A stretch of 64,000 bases of DNA from the NCBI GenBank assembly GCA_036336835.1, contig JAYZFK010000094.1:51728-115727 (forward strand). Reading direction: 5' to 3'. The notes beneath the pieces were generated by a model, which was not told the DNA's origin, ran no database searches, and worked only from the letters and a program-made list of their open reading frames with translations. This stretch comes from Myxococcota bacterium. Its GTDB lineage: Bacteria; Myxococcota_A; UBA9160; UBA4427. The number at the start of each line of letters is the position of its first letter. Position 1 is the stretch's first letter. The translations under genes and the position numbers were made by a program. Below are positions 57,151 through 64,000 of the stretch, piece by piece.

Positions 57151-58715
57151 GAGCGAGCCCGCCGGAAGAGCACGACCGGGGCACCATGGCGGGCGGAGCG
57201 GAAGCGATGCTCGGCAGGCTCTTCGCGGTTCTCGAAGGGCGTATCGGTAAAGGGCAGCTCGATCTTTCGAAGCGTCGAAAAATCGATCTGGTCCGCGATG
57301 AAATCGGCCACCACCCCGTCCCGGTCCGGGTGGACGACGTGGCGACGAACGATCACCCAGTCGGGTGGTTCGCGCTGCAGCGCCGTCGAGAGATCCTCAC
57401 CAGTCAACCCCCCTAGCACCCGAAGGTTCGTGTAGAACTTGAGGGGTAGGTCACCGTAGGTTATCCACACCACATCGGTCGGGTCGGCGTGTTCGCCCAG
57501 GTAGGTCACGAGCCCCTCGATCGGTCCGTCGAAGCCGTGCGTCAGCTCGTAGCCGAAGCGGGTCAGCGGCTGCGAGGCGGCGATTGCAGCCAGCAGCCCC
57601 AGCGCGGCGAGCGCGTGCCACCGCGCGACCACCGCGACCAGTGCGCCGAGAGCGAGCGCAGTGAGCGGCAGCAACGGTGTCAGGTACCGGAAGAACGGCC
57701 CGGGCGCGACGATCGAGACCGTTGCCAGCAGTGCGATCGCCGAGAGCGCCACAGCCGTCGCGCCCCGGTCGCGCGCCAGCCGCACGAGCTCGCCACGACC
57801 GCGCCGCCAGCCGACCAGCCCGGCAGTCAGGACGAGTCCAGCCAGCGCGACCATCCCCGAGGCGTGCACGAGCAGACTGCGCACGAACCAGGACGCGTTG
57901 GCCAACCACAGGCTCGGCTCCGTGAGCTGGTCGGCGTAGTGGCGGCCGTAGTCCATACCGCTCTGCCAGACGATCCAGGGCGCGCACAACGCGACGACCC
58001 CGCCAGCCGACAACAGCACAGGACGCAGCACCCCGCGACCCCACAACGCGGCGTGCACGGCCGTGGCAACGAGCAGCGGCGCCAGGTAGACGTAGTGGGC
58101 GTGGAACAGCGCCACGCCGGCCAGCAGATAGATCGGCCCCCCTCCGCGCCGGCCGCCCGCAATCCGCGCATAGCCGAGCAGCAGTGTCGTCGAGAGAAAC
58201 GCCGTCAACGAGTAGTAGCGACACTGGCGCACCAGGATCCAGAAGGGAACCAGCAGCAGCAGTACGGCATTGGCCGCGTGCGCGGCGACGCGGTCGCGCC
58301 CCCACCACTCTCGCGCCAGCTGGTAGACCACAAGCAACGTGAGCACACCGAACAGCGCCGCCGGCCAACGTGCCGCCGACGTGCTCTCGCCAAACAGGGC
58401 AAAGCTGCCAGCCACCAGATAGAGGTGGAGCCAGGTGTGCCAGCGCCAGCGATGGGCTTCGTCGTACTCGGCGCCCAGCTCCTGGGAGAAGAAGTTGCGG
58501 CCATCGGTGCCGAGTGGAATCCCGTGCTCGAGCGTGGTGCGCGCCAACAGCGCCGACTGCGCTTCGTCCTGCCACAACAGCTGGGCGTCGAGATTCGCGA
58601 AGGCCAGCAGAGCGCCGAGCGCGAGTGCCAGCGCGAGCAGGACCCGATCGAGCGGGCGCTCGGGGCCGGGCGGGCCGCTCGGCGGCAGGGGCAGCGAGGC
58701 CGGGGCGGGCTTCAC
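57147..58715 (-). CDS. GT-C fold membrane glycosyltransferase (GT39/ArnT/PMT-like)
   Basis: LWQDEA acidic motif after TM1, FGES..ARWP, RQCRYY, RYL; multi-TM. Confidence 0.8.
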   Translation of the reverse strand: MKPAPASLPLPPSGPPGPERPLDRVLLALALALGALLAFANLDAQLLWQDEAQSALLARTTLEHGIPLGTDGRNFFSQELGAEYDEAHRWRWHTWLHLYLVAGSFALFGESTSAARWPAALFGVLTLLVVYQLAREWWGRDRVAAHAANAVLLLLVPFWILVRQCRYYSLTAFLSTTLLLGYARIAGGRRGGGPIYLLAGVALFHAHYVYLAPLLVATAVHAALWGRGVLRPVLLSAGGVVALCAPWIVWQSGMDYGRHYADQLTEPSLWLANASWFVRSLLVHASGMVALAGLVLTAGLVGWRRGRGELVRLARDRGATAVALSAIALLATVSIVAPGPFFRYLTPLLPLTALALGALVAVVARWHALAALGLLAAIAASQPLTRFGYELTHGFDGPIEGLVTYLGEHADPTDVVWITYGDLPLKFYTNLRVLGGLTGEDLSTALQREPPDWVIVRRHVVHPDRDGVVADFIADQIDFSTLRKIELPFTDTPFENREEPAEHRFRSARHGAPVVLFRRARS

Positions 58716-58740
58716 GGAAGCCGGTGATAGCATAAAGAGC

Positions 58741-60189
58741 GTGCGCGCTCGGACGAACACGCCGCGGTGGGAACTCGCCGCGACCGCCGGCGTGCTGCTG
58801 TACGCCGCCGCGCGGCTCGTGTACCTCGCGCTGTCACTCGACCCGTCCCTGCCGCCCGACGAGATCACGCATGTCGGCCAGGCGCGCCACCAGGTTGCCT
58901 ACTGGGGGTCTCCGGTCGACACCGAGTCGTCCTACGTCCACGGGCTCGTCTCGCACCGACCGTTCGGGTACGCGTGGCTGCTGGCGCGCTGGCTGGCCCT
59001 CGATCCGGGTCTGACCAGCGAGCTGGTCTGGCTGCGCCTTGCCAACATCGGGCTCGCCGGACTGACGCTGCTGGCGGCGCTCAGCTGGGCGCGACGGGCA
59101 GGCGCCGGCCCCGGCGAGCGCGTCTTGCTGGCTCTGCTGCTGACGAACCTCCCGATGTGGAGCTTTCTGTCGGCCTCGGTGAGCTACGACAACCTCGCGA
59201 TGGCGCTCGCCACGCTCGCCTTCGCGCTGCTCGCCCGCTACCTCGACGAACACTCGCCCGAGGCCCTGCTCGGGCTGGCCGCAGTGCTGCTGCTGGGCGT
59301 TCTGACCAAGGCGGCGCTGCTGCCCTTCGCGGCGCTCGTCGCGCTGGCACTACTTGCGAGCGAGCGCGGCGCGGCCCTGCGCGGCGGGCTCACGGCGCTG
59401 CGCAGGCCGCAGATCGCGCGGCCCGGCATCGCGGCGCTGCTCGCCGTGACACTCGGGCTCGCCGCGCTGGCCGGCGCGTTGTACGGCCGCAACCTCGCGA
59501 AGTTCGGCGTGCTCGAGCCCGCGGCCAACCAGGTGCTGCCGCTCGAGGCGGCCCGCCGCAACCGCATCTTCCTGCAGGAACACGTCCTGCGCAGCTACCG
59601 CGCCGGTGCGATCGACCAGCAACAGGCGGCCAGCGAGCTCCAGCGGATCGAGCATCCGGCGGACCGGGCCGGCGCCATGTGGCTGCTGCGCCGCGCGCGC
59701 GAGCTGCGCGAGGGCACCGGAGAGCCGCTCGTCGGGCGTGTTCGTTATGCGACGCTCTGGCTGCCGCTGATGGCCGAGCGCCTGTTCGGCGTGATGGGCC
59801 ACCGCGCGCTCTACAAGAGCGGGCTGCTGGCGGCGGCCTACTCCGCCGTGGCGCTCGGCGCGCTGGCCGCGCTCGCGTGGCGCGTGCGCCGACCCGGCGT
59901 GCACTTGCGGATCGCGGCCGGCGTTGCCCTCGGCTACGCGCTGATCCTGATGCAGCTCGTCAACCTTCCGATCTACCGCGCGAGCGGGCTCGAGGTCGAG
60001 GCCGTTCAGGGTCGCTATCTGTTCCCGGTGCTCGCGCCGCTACTGAGCGCCGCGATCATCGCGAGTCGAGCGCTGCTGCCCGCGCGCGCGCGGGTTCCGG
60101 TCGCAATCGCGGTCGCGCTGCTGTTCGTGCTCGGCGACTTCCCGTACCTGCTGTGGCAAGCCGGGCCCGAGTGGTGGGGCGAGCCCTGA
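58741..60189 (+). CDS. GT-C-like membrane protein (DUF2142/PMT-like)
   Basis: PPDEITH after TM1, LRLAN, SVSYDNL, TK, QGRYLFP. Confidence 0.72.
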   Translation: MRARTNTPRWELAATAGVLLYAAARLVYLALSLDPSLPPDEITHVGQARHQVAYWGSPVDTESSYVHGLVSHRPFGYAWLLARWLALDPGLTSELVWLRLANIGLAGLTLLAALSWARRAGAGPGERVLLALLLTNLPMWSFLSASVSYDNLAMALATLAFALLARYLDEHSPEALLGLAAVLLLGVLTKAALLPFAALVALALLASERGAALRGGLTALRRPQIARPGIAALLAVTLGLAALAGALYGRNLAKFGVLEPAANQVLPLEAARRNRIFLQEHVLRSYRAGAIDQQQAASELQRIEHPADRAGAMWLLRRARELREGTGEPLVGRVRYATLWLPLMAERLFGVMGHRALYKSGLLAAAYSAVALGALAALAWRVRRPGVHLRIAAGVALGYALILMQLVNLPIYRASGLEVEAVQGRYLFPVLAPLLSAAIIASRALLPARARVPVAIAVALLFVLGDFPYLLWQAGPEWWGEP

Positions 60190-60219
60190 GGACGCGGCTT
60201 CCAGGGCCCGGGCCATCGG

Positions 60220-61842
60220 CTAGCGCCGCCGGTACACGTGGAGCCAGCGGTCCTGGTAGCCGCGCTCCCAGTCGCGCTGCGTCGAGAGCCAGCCGTCGAG
60301 GGCCGCGGCGTCGATCCGGTAGCGCTGCGCCGCCTCGCGCAGCCGGTCGAGCGGCATCGTCGCCGGCCCGCCGGTCAGCTGACTCCACTCCTCGACCAGG
60401 TCGCGGTGGACCACGACGAGGTCGACCCCGGTCAGGTCCGGGACATCGCCACGCCAGCCGACCATTGCAGCCAGCCGGACACCCGGCTCACGGAACGTCC
60501 AGAAGCCGGTCAGGGCCCGCACCCGACCGCCGTGGATGACCTGGTAGTCCGCCGGGATCGCGAGCGGCCATTCGAGCACCCAGGGCGCCTCGACCAGCTC
60601 GAGATTCGGGCGCGTCTGCAGCTCGCGATAGAACGACGGGACGGCCGCGGGAGCCACGGCGTGCAGCGGCGCCACCAGCGTCGAGGGGTGGCTCGCGTAG
60701 GCGTTCTCACGCCCGTAGATGACCGGCAGGGGTCCGAAGCCGGCCCACAGCAGCAGGCTCGCCGTACCCAGCGATGCGGCCGCCGCCGGCGATGGCAGGC
60801 GGTCGAGGCCCCGGGCGAGCCCCGCTGCCGCCAGCAACAGCAGGCCCGGGAAGGCGGCGATCGCATACCGCGCGATCACCAGCGGTTGCTCGGACCCATA
60901 GGGGCGCAGCAGCACGAAGGCGCCCAGCTGCGCGACGATCGCCGCCAGCGCGAGCCCGGTGGCTGCCGGTGCGCGGCGCAGCCCGGTCACCGCCCCGGCA
61001 AGCACGGCGAGCCCGAAGGCCGCCACCCCGAGCGGCGCGCGGATGCCCGCAACGGCCTGCGCACCGCCCCACCACGCGCTCGGCGGCGGCACACTGGCGA
61101 CGGCCGCCTTCGCCTCGGCGAAGCGCGCGAGGGCTTCGGCCGAGGGGCCAATCAGCGCCGCAGCCAGCCCGCCCCCGAGGCCGATGCCCACCGCGGCCGC
61201 GCGCCGCGCCGGGACACCCTGGCGACCGCGGAGTGCCGCCGCAAAGCCGAGCAGGCCGAGCACGCCCAGCGCGGGCAGCGATGATGCGTTGAACCAGGCA
61301 CCGAGCGCGACCGCGCTCCCGAGGGCGAGCGCCGCCGGCAGCGAGCCGCGGGCGCGAAAGCGCTCGGCCGCGGCCAGCGCGATCGCTCCGCACAGGGCGA
61401 CCAGGGCGTAGGGCCGGGCGAAACGCCCGTACACGATGAGCAGCGGCGACAGCGCGGCGAGCCAGGCCGCCAATACGCCGGCGCGCCGTCCGAAGCTGCG
61501 CCAGGCGAGCAATCCCAGCACCAGCGCCACCGCCGCGCTGGCCGCGACCATCGGCAACCGAAGCGTCCACTCACTGATCCCGACCGTCTCGGCGAGCGCC
61601 CGCACCCACAGCGCGAGCGCACTCGAGTAGTCCGACAGCGGATCCTCGGGCAGCGTGTTGTGCGAAAACAGATAGGACGCCGAGAGATCGGAGCGTAGCC
61701 CGGCGCGAAACGCGTGGAACTCGTCGTCGATCAGGATCTGGCGATCGAGCTGCCAGCTGCGCAGCGCCAGACCGGCGAGCGTCGCGACGGCGATCGCCAG
61801 GAGCGTTCGCCTGCGACCCGACCGCTGCGCCCCGTCCTCCAT
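60220..61842 (-). CDS. GT-C fold membrane glycosyltransferase (GT39-like)
   Basis: LR...L..DDEFH, SEWTLRLP, SP.L..Y.RFARPYAL, RY. Confidence 0.8.
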   Translation of the reverse strand: MEDGAQRSGRRRTLLAIAVATLAGLALRSWQLDRQILIDDEFHAFRAGLRSDLSASYLFSHNTLPEDPLSDYSSALALWVRALAETVGISEWTLRLPMVAASAAVALVLGLLAWRSFGRRAGVLAAWLAALSPLLIVYGRFARPYALVALCGAIALAAAERFRARGSLPAALALGSAVALGAWFNASSLPALGVLGLLGFAAALRGRQGVPARRAAAVGIGLGGGLAAALIGPSAEALARFAEAKAAVASVPPPSAWWGGAQAVAGIRAPLGVAAFGLAVLAGAVTGLRRAPAATGLALAAIVAQLGAFVLLRPYGSEQPLVIARYAIAAFPGLLLLAAAGLARGLDRLPSPAAAASLGTASLLLWAGFGPLPVIYGRENAYASHPSTLVAPLHAVAPAAVPSFYRELQTRPNLELVEAPWVLEWPLAIPADYQVIHGGRVRALTGFWTFREPGVRLAAMVGWRGDVPDLTGVDLVVVHRDLVEEWSQLTGGPATMPLDRLREAAQRYRIDAAALDGWLSTQRDWERGYQDRWLHVYRRR

Positions 61843-61971
61843 GCGCTCGACACGCTACGCGGACCCAGGAACCGGTGCCAGCAGCCCTCCCACGCGACGC
61901 GTCGTCGCAGCGGGCCACCCGGCGAACCGCGCCCCGGCTAGCATGGGCCGCCCCGCGCACGAGGAGGCCCG

Positions 61972-62550
61972 ATGACCAGCCGACTGCCCCCGGCCCCCGA
62001 GCCGCAGTGGAGCCACGCAACCCGCGAGCTGCTGGGCGAGGCCATCCCTGCGGCCGAGCATCCCGCGGGCGAAGGCCCGCCGAACATCCTGTACACGATC
62101 GCCCACCACCCCCACCTGCTCGGGCCCTTCCTGGAGTTCAGCGCAGCCCTCGCCACGCGCGGTGTGCTGGAGCGACGCGACTCCGAGCTGCTGGCCCTGC
62201 GAGCGGCCTGGAACTGCCGTTCGCCGTTCGAGTGGGGCCACCACGTCGAGTACGCGCTCGCCACCGGACTCAGCCCCGGAGACATCGAGCGAATCGCGCT
62301 CGCTCCCGACCACGCCAGCTGGTCCGCGCGCGACAGCCTGCTGCTGCGCGCCGCCGACGAGCTGCACCAACGACAGACGCTCGCCGACGCGACGTACCAG
62401 GCCCTGCGCAGCGAGCTCGACGAGGCCCAGCTGGTCGAGCTGGTCTTCGTGGTCGGCAACTACACGATGCTGTCGATGCTGGCCAACGCGACGGGCGTCC
62501 CGCTCGAGGCCCGCTTGCCGGCGATGCCGGGCGCCGGCTCGACTGCCTGA
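61972..62550 (+). CDS. Carboxymuconolactone decarboxylase/AhpD family protein
   Basis: NI..TIAHHP.L, ELLALRAA, FEWGHH, LVELVFVVGNY. Confidence 0.85.
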   Translation: MTSRLPPAPEPQWSHATRELLGEAIPAAEHPAGEGPPNILYTIAHHPHLLGPFLEFSAALATRGVLERRDSELLALRAAWNCRSPFEWGHHVEYALATGLSPGDIERIALAPDHASWSARDSLLLRAADELHQRQTLADATYQALRSELDEAQLVELVFVVGNYTMLSMLANATGVPLEARLPAMPGAGSTA

Positions 62551-62556
62551 AGCGGA

Positions 62557-63726
62557 CTACCGGCGATCCAGCTCGATCTCGGTCCGGCGATTGAGTGCAC
62601 GACCGTCGGCGGTGTCGTTGCCGCCGCGGGGGCGACTGTCGCCGATCGCCTCGATCGCGATGCGATCCGAATCGATGCCCGCCTCGACCAGGAAGCCGCG
62701 AACGCTTTCGGCGCGGCGCTCGGAGAGCCACGCGTTGTAGCCGGGCTCGCCGGTGCTGTCGGCGTGCCCGATCACGCGGATTGCGATGTCGGGGTGGCGC
62801 TCGAGCTCCTCGCGCAACTCGCGAAGCTCGTGCCTCGCCGAGTCAGTGAGCCACGAGCTGTTGCTCCCGAATCCCTGTCTCCTCATCGGCCAGCAGCCGT
62901 TCGAGTCGACGACGACGCCGAATGGCGAGTCCGTGCAGCGGTCGCGCTCGTCGACGACCCCGTCCCGATCCGCGTCGCGCAGCGCCGAACGGGCCGATAC
63001 TTGAGGCAGCTCGCGAGTCGTCGCGGCGGTCAGGAAGACGCTGCGCTCGAAGCGTTGGATCGCGTACGCAGTGGCCAGCTCGTCGACCGAGCGGTAGCTG
63101 CCGCACGGCGACTTCGCGGCCAGCTGGCGCAACAGCGACGCGCCTGCCGGATGGTCGCCCACCTGGACTGCGTGGATGCAGATCTCGCCACTGCGCGAGG
63201 CGAGCAACCGATCGGTGGCGCGCAGCACCGCGGCGCGACCCTGCGAGTCGGAGCCCCTCTTCGCGACGCCATCGGTGATCAGAATCACCGCACGCCGGCC
63301 GCGCGAGAGCAGCAGCATGCGACCGACCTCGTCGATCGCCGAGGCCAGCCTCGTGTCGCCGCCCAGCGGCTGGATGCCAGCCAGCTTCACGACCAGCTCG
63401 AGGCGCTGGAAGGCCTCGAGCTCGTCGCGCTGCTGCTCGCCACCACCGAACACCAGCAGGCCCGCGCCGTAGCCACCCTCCGGCATGGCCGAAGCCAGCG
63501 CGGTCAGCAGACGACGCTCGGCCCAGAGACCCGTGCGAAGCTCCATCGAGCTCGAGGCATCGAGGACATAGAGCACGGCGTCGATCCCGATGTGCTGACG
63601 CACACCCGGCTCGATCGGCGTCACCGGCGGCGGATCACCGGCCGGGGGCGAGGCGCAGCCCGCGACTCCGGCCCCCAGCACCACGCCCAGCCAACCTCGC
63701 CACCCACCCCGTCGGACGCTCATCAC
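62557..63726 (-). CDS. Lipoprotein with VWA domain, TSP3-like Ca-binding repeat and OmpA-like domain
   Basis: Lipobox VAGC, MIDAS LDASSSM and ILITDG, DADRDGVVDERDRC, GHADSTG..YN..LSERRA, NRRTEI. Confidence 0.88.
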   Translation of the reverse strand: MMSVRRGGWRGWLGVVLGAGVAGCASPPAGDPPPVTPIEPGVRQHIGIDAVLYVLDASSSMELRTGLWAERRLLTALASAMPEGGYGAGLLVFGGGEQQRDELEAFQRLELVVKLAGIQPLGGDTRLASAIDEVGRMLLLSRGRRAVILITDGVAKRGSDSQGRAAVLRATDRLLASRSGEICIHAVQVGDHPAGASLLRQLAAKSPCGSYRSVDELATAYAIQRFERSVFLTAATTRELPQVSARSALRDADRDGVVDERDRCTDSPFGVVVDSNGCWPMRRQGFGSNSSWLTDSARHELRELREELERHPDIAIRVIGHADSTGEPGYNAWLSERRAESVRGFLVEAGIDSDRIAIEAIGDSRPRGGNDTADGRALNRRTEIELDRR

Positions 63727-63904
63727 CGCCTCCTCCGCACGTCGCCGTTCAGCCTACCTCCCGCACGTCGGTCCCGGACAAGAGAATTTACCGGAGGCAG
63801 GACAGCGGGCCGCCGGGCGCTGTGTGACGGGTGGAAGCGAGCGAGCCCTGTACAAGACCAGACTCGCGTGCAAGGGTCTGAACGGAGCACCCCTGGGAGA
63901 ACCA

Positions 63905-64000
63905 ATGGCTTCCTACAAATACGACTCGCTCTCTGCGCAGGACAACTCATTCCTCCTGATGGAGACACCGAGTCTGCACATGCACGTCGCGACGACGCAG
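63905..64000 (+). CDS. Wax ester/triacylglycerol synthase (WS/DGAT) family, 5' partial
   Basis: Own translation MASYKYDSLSAQDNSFLLMETPSLHMHVATTQ matches the LS..D..FL..E....MHV N-terminus; GGAGA RBS upstream. Confidence 0.75.
   Translation, partial: MASYKYDSLSAQDNSFLLMETPSLHMHVATTQ

Overview
High-GC bacterial chromosomal window; the gene order and protein style suggest a Myxococcota/deltaproteobacterium-like organism (inference). It is densely coding and mostly housekeeping: prlC-atl, SSS symporter, SRAP, DUF368, scpA-scpB-rluB, a GMC oxidoreductase pair, a long minus-strand run pheA-hisC-tyrA-rpsA-ihfB-lapA-lapB-mutS-amiC-glnD-xerD-tRNA nucleotidyltransferase, a diguanylate cyclase, coaE, a complete trpEGDCFBA operon, lptD, ccdA/tlpA, dtd, dcd, queG, greB, chaC and an Opu-type ABC transporter. 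The right third is accessory: exosortase, sulfotransferase, Ser/Thr kinase, three GT-C-type membrane glycosyltransferases and a VWA-OmpA lipoprotein. The most notable item is absent from the ORF track: a 41-aa PqqA-like RiPP precursor gene (48979-49104, core CEITSY). It has its own promoter-like and terminator-like signals, lies directly behind the sulfotransferase, and has no pqqBCDE genes in the window. I recognised no rRNA, tRNA, CRISPR array or mobile element. Start codons were re-picked by eye where the ORF track over-extends. All family assignments come from motif recognition, not database searches.
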